A stretch of DNA of 64,000 nt, from assembly GCA_964385685.1 (NCBI GenBank), contig CAYLQD010000004.1, positions 29,397 through 93,396 of the forward strand, read 5' to 3'. Positions 36,675 to 46,037 of the stretch are shown in pieces (within the stretch, counting starts at the first letter, position 1; every line of letters starts with the position of its first letter). Origin of the DNA: an uncultured Planctomycetota bacterium. GTDB taxonomy: Bacteria; Planctomycetota; PUPC01. Below the pieces are notes generated by a model. The model saw only the letters and a program-made list of their open reading frames with translations, searched no databases and was not told the origin of the DNA. A program made the translations under genes and the position numbers.

Positions 36675-37676
36675 TTAGCCAACGGCCAGTTTCTCCATGC
36701 TTGCCAGAATCTTCTTCTCGGCCTCAAGAGCCGTGCCAACAGTGTCTCTGATAGCTTGCCGACCCGACTCGGTATCGCGCCTATTGCCGAACCCCTCGCT
36801 GGCAAACCGCCCCAAGCTCTCGGCGGCAGTGCGATAGTTCCCGGCGATATCGCCCACCAGGGCGGCCACGTCGCCATTTAGCTTCTCTGCCGCATCGCCG
36901 AAGTAATCGGCGAGGGCCGCGCGCGCGTTATGCTGGAAGTTGATCGCGATGCAGTCGATGTATTCATTCGGGATTTCGATATCCGGCTGCAGCAAGTCGG
37001 CCAGGAACCGCTCGAGGGCGCTGATGCCGTAGTTGGCCGAGACGCCAAAGCGTCCCACGGCGTGGTGGTTGTCCTGCCAATCAACAACCCGATTGGCCAG
37101 AATCCTCACGGCCTCCTCGCGCTGGGGCTTCCGCGTCTTCTCCGCCGCAAAGTACATGCCGCCCCCAGGAAGCGGCACCCATTGGGGAACCCACTCCGAA
37201 AACTTCTCCCAAGGCACCTCGCCGTCCAGGGCTGGGCCGCCTACGCCGCGTGCGCGCACGGACCTGTCTGCAACGTCATCGGCATCCGTGTAGGCATACA
37301 CGACCGAGTCTTCCGGGCCGGCCATCTTCACTGGGTTGCCTGCATCCAGCCCGGTCTTGATGAAATCCCACGCTTCCTGTGGGTCGGCGGTCCACGTGGC
37401 CTCAAAGCGGCACCCCAGCAAGCCGCCGGCGCGCTGTGGCAGGTCGATGTTGGACGAGTAGACACTGGCGAACTGGCCGCGCATGTAACAGAATGCCAGC
37501 CCAAGCCCGTCCGCGGCATGCGTTTCGCCCCAGGCGGTATCGGTATGCCCTGCTGCCTGCACCAGCAGATGCAGCACCTTAACGCCGCTGATGTTATGGG
37601 TATCGAGAATCGCTCTGTTGGCATCAAACAGCGCGTCCAGATTCAGTTCCATACGACCTTGGCTCTGGTGGGACAT
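36675..37676 (-). CDS. hypothetical protein (paralog 2; homologous to 35909-36601 over most of its length)
   Basis: 333 aa. EATWTADPQEAWDFIKTGLDAGNP…EDSVVYAYTDADDVADR…VPWEKFSEWVPQW aligns with paralog 1. Confidence 0.5.
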   Translation of the reverse strand: MSHQSQGRMELNLDALFDANRAILDTHNISGVKVLHLLVQAAGHTDTAWGETHAADGLGLAFCYMRGQFASVYSSNIDLPQRAGGLLGCRFEATWTADPQEAWDFIKTGLDAGNPVKMAGPEDSVVYAYTDADDVADRSVRARGVGGPALDGEVPWEKFSEWVPQWVPLPGGGMYFAAEKTRKPQREEAVRILANRVVDWQDNHHAVGRFGVSANYGISALERFLADLLQPDIEIPNEYIDCIAINFQHNARAALADYFGDAAEKLNGDVAALVGDIAGNYRTAAESLGRFASEGFGNRRDTESGRQAIRDTVGTALEAEKKILASMEKLAVG

Positions 37677-37746
37677 GTGCTCTTCCTCCTTCTGTCCATT
37701 GCGCTAACGCGAAGCTAAGCCGCGGCGTGTTCGCCGTCGGCTACGG

Positions 37747-38175
37747 CTACTTGTTGGCTGTTTCCCTGTATGCCTCCAGCAAGGCAGAAAGAAGAACTCC
37801 GTCGATTGTGGCGCTCTCGAGGTCGCAGCCCTTGATAGCGATGCCGGACAGGTCGCAATCCGTGAACGTGCTGCGGTTGAGATCGCACTCAACGAACTCC
37901 AAGGGCTCCTGCTTCGGAATGTTCCCGTCTTCGTCGGGGTGAAGTGAGAGATGCTTGAACTTCGCTCCACCCATTGTGACGGAGTGCATCGTGATGTTGG
38001 ACAGATTCACGTCCGCGAACGACGCGTTGACCATGTTGACGTGGTCGAACCTGGCTTCGGCCAACGCGACCTGCTGGAACGAACTGCGCGACATGTTGAG
38101 GTCTTCGAACTCGGACCCGGGGATGCCGCCGTATTTCACGACGAGCTTCTCGTCATTCTGAGGCTTCACTTCCAT
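37747..38175 (-). CDS. pentapeptide-repeat protein
   Basis: Tandem A(D/N)LSxx pentapeptide units (FQQVALAEARFDHVNMVNASFADVNLSNITMHSV…DCDLSGIAIKGCDLESA). AAAGGAG Shine-Dalgarno before the ATG. Confidence 0.7.
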   Translation of the reverse strand: MEVKPQNDEKLVVKYGGIPGSEFEDLNMSRSSFQQVALAEARFDHVNMVNASFADVNLSNITMHSVTMGGAKFKHLSLHPDEDGNIPKQEPLEFVECDLNRSTFTDCDLSGIAIKGCDLESATIDGVLLSALLEAYRETANK

Positions 38176-38713
38176 TTCGATCTCCTTTCATTCAGCCAAC
38201 GCTTGGGCTGAGGTGCGCGGTCCCCCCGTGCATCATGACCGGCCTGCGCGCTCAAGACAGCCCTTCCGCCGACGATGAAGGTCCCTGATGCCGATTCGGG
38301 GGAGTACCTGATTATGCGCCGCCCCCGGTGAAGTGTCAAACGCTTTCCACCCTCAAGGAGGTGACCCATGACGAAAGACAAAGAGACCGAAAAGAAGCCT
38401 CTGAAGAGGAATCGCGTCGCCCCTCATGGCATCCCCCTCGGGCCCAGCAAGCAGGTCGAGGTGATAGCTCTGGGGACACAATACTCAACTCCGCCCGGGT
38501 TTCTTCGCCGAGGGTCTCGGTCCGGGCTTCCGCCTGCGAAGTACACGGCCCCAGCGATCGGCACGATCATGCCCCCATCGAACCGTCCTGTCAAGGACGA
38601 TAGTCTGATGTCTCCAGACTCCCGCGCCGCATCCCATCTTGACCACCGCGCCGCCCCCTGATAGACTGCTTCGACCGAATCGGACGCCGCAACTCACTGG
38701 GAACCGAAGACCT

Positions 38714-39904
38714 ATGAAAGCCGTCATTCTTGCCGCCGGAAGGGGCACGCGGATGCGGGGGCTCTGCGAGTCCACCCCGAAACCGCTGCTGCCCATCGCC
38801 AACCGGTCCATCGTCTCACTCCTGTTCTCGCGCCTGAAGGGAGCCGGCATCCGCGATGTCGCTCTCGTCGTCGGATTCGAGGGCGAGAAGCTTCAGGCCC
38901 TCATCGGAGACGGCTCGCGGTACGGCGTCAACGTCGCGTACGTCTGGCAGAAGGAACAGCTCGGCACCGGCCACGCGGCGATGCTTTGCGAGGAGTTCGT
39001 CGGCGGTGAGCCGTTCGTCCTGATCTTCGGCGACATCCTGACGCCCGCCGAGAACCTCGCCGAGATGGTCCGGCTGTTCGGCCAGGACTCGTGCGACGCC
39101 GTCTTGAGCGTCTTTCCCGTCGAGGACCCGAGCAACGGCGCCGCGGTGACGACCGAGGGCGGGCTTGTCACGAACGTCATCGAGAAACCCCCGCCCGGCT
39201 CCATCCGAAACGCCTACTGCAACGCCGGCGTCTTCGTCTGGCCCGCGCGGATGTTCGATTTGATTCGCGACCTCGAGAAGTCGCCGCGCGGCGAGTACGA
39301 GTTCAGCGACGGCATCACGCGGTTCATCGAACAGGGCGGGCAGCTTGCGGCGTTCGAGCTGCGCGGCTACTGGGAGAACATCACGGATCCCGAGACGTGC
39401 ATCCGGATGAACCGCAACGTGCTCGGCGAACTGCTGCCGCCGGCCGAGCCGGCCGTGGATCCGTCGGCCGAGGTCGGCAAGGACGCGATCATCGAGAACT
39501 GCCGCATCGGGGCCGGCGCCGTCATCGGCCGCGGGTGCAAGTTGATCGGGTGCTGCGTCGGCGCGGGCGCTCGAATCGCCGGGCACGTGAGCGCCGACTA
39601 CGCGGAGATTCAGGCGAACGCGACGGTCGGCGGCGGCTCGATCCTCGGGCCGGGTGCGTCCATTGCCGAAGATGCCGTCATCGGATCCGGCGTACGCGTC
39701 GGCCCGAACGCCTCGGTCGGCCGCGAGTGCAGCGTCGGCGACAACGCGACGCTCTCCTCCGCCATCCTGCTGGACAGCTCCACCGTCGGCGCGGGGGCTG
39801 CGCTCGTCAACGCCGTCGTCGACTGCGGCATGACGGTGCCGGAGGGAGAGCGGGTCACGGGCATGCCGGAGGAGGTGGTCACCCTCCTCGCCCGCCGGGA
39901 CTGA
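38714..39904 (+). CDS. sugar-phosphate nucleotidyltransferase (NDP-sugar pyrophosphorylase N-domain + left-handed beta-helix C-domain)
   Basis: MKAVILAAGRGTRM…(GxGTRxxP family). C-terminal hexapeptide repeats (IGAGAVIG, VGAGARIAG). Maximal ORF from 38639 is an upstream extension. Confidence 0.8.
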   Translation: MKAVILAAGRGTRMRGLCESTPKPLLPIANRSIVSLLFSRLKGAGIRDVALVVGFEGEKLQALIGDGSRYGVNVAYVWQKEQLGTGHAAMLCEEFVGGEPFVLIFGDILTPAENLAEMVRLFGQDSCDAVLSVFPVEDPSNGAAVTTEGGLVTNVIEKPPPGSIRNAYCNAGVFVWPARMFDLIRDLEKSPRGEYEFSDGITRFIEQGGQLAAFELRGYWENITDPETCIRMNRNVLGELLPPAEPAVDPSAEVGKDAIIENCRIGAGAVIGRGCKLIGCCVGAGARIAGHVSADYAEIQANATVGGGSILGPGASIAEDAVIGSGVRVGPNASVGRECSVGDNATLSSAILLDSSTVGAGAALVNAVVDCGMTVPEGERVTGMPEEVVTLLARRD

Positions 39905-39906
39905 CC

Positions 39907-40977
39907 ATGCAAGAGCGGCGAATGCGAACGGCGTGTCGCGTCGGCTCCCTCGACGAACTGACGGCGTCCTTTCCGCAAGTCGAGGTGACGGACATCATGC
40001 GGCGCGCGGCCGAGCGATATCCGTTCGCCGTGACGCCCTACTACCTGTCCCTCATCGAGAATCCGTCGCCCACCGATCCAATCTACCGGCAGTGCGTGCC
40101 GGACGGGGCGGAACTTGGGGATGGCGGCCTGCGGGCGGACGAGTTGGGCGAGGACTCACAGTTCTCGCCGGTGCCGGGCCTCATTCATCGCTATCCCGAC
40201 CGCGTCGTCTGCCTCGCAACGACGCGCTGCCCGACGTACTGCCGCCACTGCACGCGGAAGCGACTTGTCGGGCGCCCCGCAGACACGGAACCGGACTTTG
40301 ACGCGCACGCCGACTACGTGCGTGCACATCCGGCTGTGCGGGATGTCATCATTTCGGGCGGCGACCCGCTGACGATGACGACCGAGCGACTCGACGACAT
40401 CATCCGGCGCTTTCGCGACGTCCCGAGCGTTGACATCATCCGCATCCACACGCGGGCACCCGTCACGCTTCCGACGAGGCTTGACGACGCGCTCTGCGAG
40501 ATGCTCAAGCGCCACCACCCGGTCTGGGTCAACACGCAGTTCAACCATCCGCGCGAGATCACGCGCGCGAGCGCCGCGGCGTGCGATCGGCTTCTGCGGC
40601 GCGGCATCCCCGTCGGAAACCAGACGGTGTTGCTCCGAGGTGTGAACGACGAGCCGGCGGTGATGGAGGAGTTGTGTCGGGCGCTCCTCCGCATACGCGT
40701 CCGCCCGTACTACATGCTCCAGTGCGATCCAGTCGCCGGCACCGAACACTTCCACACGCCCATCGAGCGCGGGATCGACATCCTGCGCCACCTCCACCGG
40801 ACCGTCGGCGGGCTGGGCGTCCCGCGATTCGTCGTCGATGCGATCAATGGCGGCGGGAAAGTTCCCATCGATCCCGGGTTCGTCGCCGAGCGGCGGCCCG
40901 GCACGTTTATGATCGAGAACTTCGACGGGGAGATCGTCAGCTACCCGGACCCAGCCGGTTGCAGTGAATTACCTTGA
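39907..40977 (+). CDS. KamA-family radical SAM protein (lysine 2,3-aminomutase-like)
   Basis: CPTYCRHCTRK (CxxxCxxC radical-SAM cluster in the KamA context), IISGGDPL, and a PLP/Zn region. Maximal ORF from 39091 reads through the upstream gene in frame; ATG 39907 is the real start. Confidence 0.85.
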   Translation: MQERRMRTACRVGSLDELTASFPQVEVTDIMRRAAERYPFAVTPYYLSLIENPSPTDPIYRQCVPDGAELGDGGLRADELGEDSQFSPVPGLIHRYPDRVVCLATTRCPTYCRHCTRKRLVGRPADTEPDFDAHADYVRAHPAVRDVIISGGDPLTMTTERLDDIIRRFRDVPSVDIIRIHTRAPVTLPTRLDDALCEMLKRHHPVWVNTQFNHPREITRASAAACDRLLRRGIPVGNQTVLLRGVNDEPAVMEELCRALLRIRVRPYYMLQCDPVAGTEHFHTPIERGIDILRHLHRTVGGLGVPRFVVDAINGGGKVPIDPGFVAERRPGTFMIENFDGEIVSYPDPAGCSELP

Positions 40978-43390
40978 GCGCGGCCGGCAGTTGCTCCGGC
41001 GGGAAGCCCTCGGGCAGAGCGACGGTCACATCACGGCTGACGTACGGCACGAGGTCGAAGGCATTGTCGCCGAACTCGACGTCCTGCCCCGGCACGGTCA
41101 ACCAGACCCCCTTCACGAATACGGGAGCGGTCAGACGCAGGCGCGTCTCGCCGTCGAATTCGTCGGTCTCGGTTTCGACGGTGATGTCCGGCTCCGGCAG
41201 GTCAAGGTCCTTGGGCCGGGCGAAGAACCACGTTGCCTGCGACTCGTAGACGCCGCTGTAGAACGTGATCCAGAGGAACTGGCGGGCGGGGTCGATGTCT
41301 GGGAGGCCGTCGCGCGGGATCGCGCAGAGGCGGCAGGCGCTGTCGGCAGGGGTCGCAACGCCGTCGGTGTGCACAAGGTGCGCCTCGCCGCAGACGTCGA
41401 AGACCTCGACATCGAGCGTGCCGGCGACGGGATGCTCCGTATCGTTGATCCCCGAGACGACGATCTCCCCGTCCTCTTCGTGCGTCGTTACGAGCACCGG
41501 CTTGAAGGCGCGCCGCACGGCATAGTACGCCGGCTTCCGGCGAAGCGCACCGTCGACGGTCGACCAACTGATTACGGGCCAGCAGTCGTTGAGCTGCCAG
41601 ACGAGCGCTCCGGCCGTGTGCCATTTGCTCCGCCGCCAGTGTTCGATGCCCGTCCGGAGCGCCTCGGCCTGGACGATCTGCGAGAGAAGGACAGAGCGTT
41701 CGAAGTTCTCGGGCCTGCGGAAGAACAGCTCGCGGGCCGCGTCGAGCTTCGCGGTGCCGCCGTCGCACTTCTGGTGCGCCCGCATCACCTCGCCGTCGAC
41801 GACGAGGTCTTCCGGTTCCGCGAACTCGAGGATCGTGTCCATCGTCGGGAACGCCTGGAACCCGAACTCGCTGACGAATCGCGGGCGGCGGTCGAGATAC
41901 CCCGCAGGATCGGGGCCGCCGTGCCAGACGCTCCAGTCGTGCATGTCGCCGTGGCTCTCGGCGTTTGCGCCGGGCCCGCCGTATGGGCTGCCGGGCCAGT
42001 AGAACCGAGCCGGATCGAGCCGGCGGCAGATCGCGGGCAGCAGTTCGTCGTAGATTGCGCGGGCGTGGAAGGCATCGCCCCAGCCCCATTCCTCAGCCCC
42101 CCAGTGGTTTTCGTTGTTCCCGCAGTAGAGCGCGATGCACGGATGGTTCCGCAGGCGCCGCACGGCCTTCTCCGCCTCGTCGGCCGCGAGGTCGCGGAAC
42201 CACTCGGCGTCCGGATAATCGGCGCACGCGAACATGAAATCCTGCCAGACGAGGATGCCCTTCTCGTCGCAGATGTCGTAGAACGCGTCGGACTCGTAGA
42301 TCCCGCCGCCCCACACGCGGAGCATGTTCATGTTCTGGTCGACGGCCATCTCGATCAGGCGGCGGACCTTGTCGTCCGTGACGCGCGACGCAAAGGCGTC
42401 GGCCGGGATCCAGTTCGCTCCCTTCGCGAACAGCCGGCGCCCGTTGATCTTCAGGATGAACGACTCGCCGATGTCGTCCGGCTCGCGTTCGATCTCACAC
42501 GTGCGGAAGCCGATGCGAACCTCGCGCACGTCCAGCTCGTCGCCGCGGTCGCGCAGCCGGACAGACAGGTCGTACAAGCTCGGCTCGCCCAGCCCCACCG
42601 GCCACCATAACTCCGGCGCCCCGACCTCGATCACGGCCTCGGCGCGGTCGCCCACATCGTGCAGCTCGACCTCCCCCACGGTTCGCTCGTCGAGCGCGAG
42701 CGTCGCGTTCAAGCTGAGCGGCGTCGCGTTCGTCCGGGCGAGGTCGACGGCGAGGTGCAGGCGCCCTGCCCCGTCGACCACTTCCGCCTGTGCGAACACG
42801 CTGTCGATGCGGGCCGTGCTGAACGCGCGGATGAAGGCCGACCGCCAGAGCCCGCAGGTCGGGAGCGTCGGACCCCAGTCCCAACCGGTTGCGTACTGCG
42901 GCTTGCGCGCGTAGACACGCGGCCCGCCGGGCAGCGCGCCGGACAACATCTCGCGCTCGGCACAGACACGGTCCGACGATTCGAATCGAACGGCCAGGGT
43001 GTTCGGCCCCACGGCGAGCGCGCCGGCGATGTCGAAGACGTGCTCGACGAACGCGTTCTCGGTCCGGCCGATTTCGGCTCCGTTGACCAGGAGCGTGGCG
43101 AACGTGTCGAGTCCTTCGCATACCAGCTCGATCCGCTCGTGCGCGAGCAGCGACTCGCCAACGTCGAACGCGCGAACATAGAGCCAGTCGCGCTCGGCGA
43201 CCCATGTCACCGCGGCCTCGTTCAGCCGGTAGAACGGATCGGGGATCTTCTCCGCGGCCATCAGATCGGTATGGACGCAGCCGGGCACGGCGGCGGGCAG
43301 CCAGTCGGCGGCGCCGAGTTGGTCGGTCAGGTCGCAGTCGGGAGCGACCTCGCGGAACCTCCATTCACCGTTGAGAGGCAGCGTCTGCAT
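40937..43390 (-). CDS. glycoside hydrolase family 2 protein (beta-mannosidase-like)
   Basis: 817 aa from ATG 43390 (MQTLPLNGEWRFR…). GH2 sugar-binding, Ig-like and TIM-barrel regions (…NAFRTSHYP-like CGNNENHW…, WQDFMFA). 3' end overlaps kamA convergently by 41 nt. Confidence 0.8.
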   Translation of the reverse strand: MQTLPLNGEWRFREVAPDCDLTDQLGAADWLPAAVPGCVHTDLMAAEKIPDPFYRLNEAAVTWVAERDWLYVRAFDVGESLLAHERIELVCEGLDTFATLLVNGAEIGRTENAFVEHVFDIAGALAVGPNTLAVRFESSDRVCAEREMLSGALPGGPRVYARKPQYATGWDWGPTLPTCGLWRSAFIRAFSTARIDSVFAQAEVVDGAGRLHLAVDLARTNATPLSLNATLALDERTVGEVELHDVGDRAEAVIEVGAPELWWPVGLGEPSLYDLSVRLRDRGDELDVREVRIGFRTCEIEREPDDIGESFILKINGRRLFAKGANWIPADAFASRVTDDKVRRLIEMAVDQNMNMLRVWGGGIYESDAFYDICDEKGILVWQDFMFACADYPDAEWFRDLAADEAEKAVRRLRNHPCIALYCGNNENHWGAEEWGWGDAFHARAIYDELLPAICRRLDPARFYWPGSPYGGPGANAESHGDMHDWSVWHGGPDPAGYLDRRPRFVSEFGFQAFPTMDTILEFAEPEDLVVDGEVMRAHQKCDGGTAKLDAARELFFRRPENFERSVLLSQIVQAEALRTGIEHWRRSKWHTAGALVWQLNDCWPVISWSTVDGALRRKPAYYAVRRAFKPVLVTTHEEDGEIVVSGINDTEHPVAGTLDVEVFDVCGEAHLVHTDGVATPADSACRLCAIPRDGLPDIDPARQFLWITFYSGVYESQATWFFARPKDLDLPEPDITVETETDEFDGETRLRLTAPVFVKGVWLTVPGQDVEFGDNAFDLVPYVSRDVTVALPEGFPPEQLPAALKVIHCNRLGPGS

Positions 43391-43523
43391 TGCTTGCTCC
43401 AATGGCCCGCGTTCGCGCCGGATGATACGAGTGGCCCGGCGTAGTGTCAAGCTCGGCCCGCACCCCACTCGACCCTCGGCCCGGCCCCGGCTATAATGTT
43501 TGGAGAGTTCGTGGAGGAACGGT

Positions 43524-44555
43524 GTGAGAGCATTTGCGCTGACGGCGCCGTCGACGTTCGGGTGGGCCGATGTGCCGGACGACCCGCCGCCCGGCCCCGG
43601 CGAGGCCGTCGTCCAGCCCAAGGCCTGCGGCATCTGCGCGTCGGACGTGCATTACTGGCTGCACGGCCGCATCGGCAGCCAGGTCGTCCGGGAGTATCCG
43701 TTCGCGCTCGGGCACGAGCCCAGCGGCGTTGTGGTCGAGGTCGGCGAAGGCGTGACGAACGTGAAGCCGGGCGACCGCGTCGCGATCGAGCCCGCGATCG
43801 CGTGCGGCGAGTGCACCTGCTGCAAGGCGGGCCGCGAGAACATCTGCCCGAACGTGATCTTCCTCGCGACGCCGCCCGTCCAGGGCGTCCTGCGCGAAAC
43901 GATGGTGACACGGGCGCGGAACCTCGAGCCCATCCCCGATTCCGTCTCGTTCGAGGCGGCCGCTCTGTGCGAACCGTTTGGCGTCGGCATCCACGCCGCG
44001 CGGCTGCCCGACCTCGCCGAGGGCGAGACGGTCGCGGTGTTCGGAGCCGGCCCGATCGGCTTGTCGACCGCGGTCGCCGCGCGGTGCCGCGGCGCGGGGC
44101 GTGTCCTCGTCGCCGAGCCCGTGCCCGAGCGCCGCGATGTCGCCGAGTCGATGGGCTTCGAGACGATCGACATCGACGATGATCCGGTGGAGCGGATTCA
44201 CGAGATGACGGGCGGCGGCGTCGACGTCGCATTCGAGGCTGCGGGCGATCCTCGGGCGATGGACTGGGCGACGCGCTCGCCGCGGCTCGGCGCCCGGGCC
44301 GTCATCATCGGCATCCCGGTCGAAGACACGATCTCGTTCGACATCCACACGATTCGTCGAATGGAGCTGACGATCTACAACTGTCGGCGGTCGAACCACG
44401 TGCTTGCCGAGGCAGTGCGCTTGCTTGAGGGGGCCGGGGCCGATATCGTCAAGATGTGCACGCACCGATTCCCGCTCGAGCAGGCGGAGCAGGCGTTTGA
44501 GATGGTCAACGACCGCCGCGACGGGGTCGTCAAGGCGATGCTGATGTGTGATTGA
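43524..44555 (+). CDS. zinc-dependent alcohol/polyol dehydrogenase (MDR superfamily; sorbitol/threonine dehydrogenase-like)
   Basis: GICASDVH…GHEPSGVV…CGECTCC (structural Zn), GAGPIGL Rossmann. Start placed at GTG 43524 behind GGAGGA; maximal ORF has a TTG at 43500. Confidence 0.85.
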   Translation: MRAFALTAPSTFGWADVPDDPPPGPGEAVVQPKACGICASDVHYWLHGRIGSQVVREYPFALGHEPSGVVVEVGEGVTNVKPGDRVAIEPAIACGECTCCKAGRENICPNVIFLATPPVQGVLRETMVTRARNLEPIPDSVSFEAAALCEPFGVGIHAARLPDLAEGETVAVFGAGPIGLSTAVAARCRGAGRVLVAEPVPERRDVAESMGFETIDIDDDPVERIHEMTGGGVDVAFEAAGDPRAMDWATRSPRLGARAVIIGIPVEDTISFDIHTIRRMELTIYNCRRSNHVLAEAVRLLEGAGADIVKMCTHRFPLEQAEQAFEMVNDRRDGVVKAMLMCD

Positions 44556-44600
44556 TGCGGCGTCGCGATGGTGGAGGCAGACATTCGCCTGTGCCCGCTT

Positions 44601-44620
44601 GGCGGACAAGAATGTCCGCC
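44601..44620 (+). terminator. perfect 8-bp stem/4-nt loop hairpin (GGCGGACA-AGAA-TGTCCGCC) 45 nt after the dehydrogenase stop
   Basis: Seen directly. No U-tract follows, so it could equally be an operator for the downstream regulator gene. Confidence 0.3.
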
Positions 44621-44635
44621 CCACCAGTTTGAGGT

Positions 44636-45994
44636 GTGTCCGCTCAGGAGCGTGATGTGGCTCGGAAGCCGAAACGTGGTTCCGGCCTGGCCGTGCTCGT
44701 GCTCGATGACGAGGACGGCATCCGGACGATGTGCCGCGAATACCTCGACTCCGTCGGCTGCGAGGTCGAGGAGGCCGCGACGATTGCGGCTGCTCGGGCG
44801 GCGCTCGAGAGCCACACGTTCGGCCTCGCGATCTTCGACGTGCGCCTGCCCGACGGCTCGGGGCTCGACCTGTTCCGCTCGGTGCGCGAGAGCCGGCCCG
44901 ACTTGCCCATCGCCATCATCACGGGCCACGCCTCGGTCGAAGACGCCATCGACGCGGTCAAGGCCGGCGCGCTCGACTACATCACGAAGCCCTTCGACCT
45001 CGACCGCCTGAAGGAGGTCGTCGCGCTCGCGGCCGCCCAGATGCCGGCCGACGCCGCCGACCGCCGCAGCGGCACGTTCGATTTCCACGGCATCGTCGGC
45101 GCGTCGACGCCGATGCGATCCGTCTGCCAGCTCATCGAGCGCGCCGCGCAGACGCCGTCGACCGTGCTGATCCAGGGCGAGAGCGGGACCGGCAAGGAAC
45201 TGGTCGCCAAGGCCATCCACCTGGCCGGACCGAACACGCGCGAGCCCTTCGTGCCCGTCGACTGCAGCTCGATGCCCGAGGGCTTGATCGAGAGCGAGCT
45301 GTTCGGGCACGTGAAAGGAGCGTTCACCGGCGCCCACGTCGACAAGGTCGGGCTGTTTCCGTCGGCCGGCAAGGGCACGGTGTTTCTCGATGAGATCGGC
45401 GAGCTGCCCCAGCCGCTGCAAGCGAAACTCCTGAGGGCGCTCCAGGAACGCGAGGTCCGGCCCGTCGGCTCGACCGACACCACCCCGTTCCACGCGCGCG
45501 TGATCGTCGCAACCAATCGCGACCTGCGGTCCGCGATGGCCGACGGCGAGTTCCGCCGCGACCTCTTCTACCGGCTGCACGTCATCCCCGTCTACCTGCC
45601 GCCGCTGCGGTCTCGCCGCGCCGACATCGCGCCGCTCGCCGCGCACTTCCTCGAGGAACTCAATGCCGCCGCGGGCCGCACGTGCACGCTCGCGCGCGGC
45701 GCGCTCGACGTGCTCGAGCGCCGCAACTGGGCGGGCAACGTCCGCGAGCTTCAAAACGCCATCGAACGCGCGTTCGCGCTCGCGACCGGGGACATGATCG
45801 GCCCGGAAGAGTTCGGGGAGCCCGAGCAGAAACCGGAGCCGCCACGTCAGGGCGACCGGCTCGAGGACTACGAGCGGCAGGCCATCCAGACCGCGTTGGA
45901 GAAGGCCGGGGGCAATCGGGAGAAGGCGGCCGAGATCCTCAAGATCGGCGTCGCCACCCTCTTCCGCAAGCTGAAGAAATACGATCTGAAGTAG
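44636..45994 (+). CDS. sigma-54-dependent response regulator (NtrC family)
   Basis: Receiver (VLVLDDEDG…D…K), GESGTGKE, GAFTGA, C-terminal Fis-type HTH. Start GTG 44636 or GTG ~44660 (AGGAG upstream). Confidence 0.9.
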   Translation: MSAQERDVARKPKRGSGLAVLVLDDEDGIRTMCREYLDSVGCEVEEAATIAAARAALESHTFGLAIFDVRLPDGSGLDLFRSVRESRPDLPIAIITGHASVEDAIDAVKAGALDYITKPFDLDRLKEVVALAAAQMPADAADRRSGTFDFHGIVGASTPMRSVCQLIERAAQTPSTVLIQGESGTGKELVAKAIHLAGPNTREPFVPVDCSSMPEGLIESELFGHVKGAFTGAHVDKVGLFPSAGKGTVFLDEIGELPQPLQAKLLRALQEREVRPVGSTDTTPFHARVIVATNRDLRSAMADGEFRRDLFYRLHVIPVYLPPLRSRRADIAPLAAHFLEELNAAAGRTCTLARGALDVLERRNWAGNVRELQNAIERAFALATGDMIGPEEFGEPEQKPEPPRQGDRLEDYERQAIQTALEKAGGNREKAAEILKIGVATLFRKLKKYDLK

Positions 45995-46037
45995 CCGCCG
46001 TCGGGAACTGAATCGCCGTGGGGAAGTGGGAGCAGGT

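Noticed and set aside
40964-42610. 548-aa plus-strand ORF
   Set aside because: It is antisense to the GH2 beta-mannosidase-like gene.
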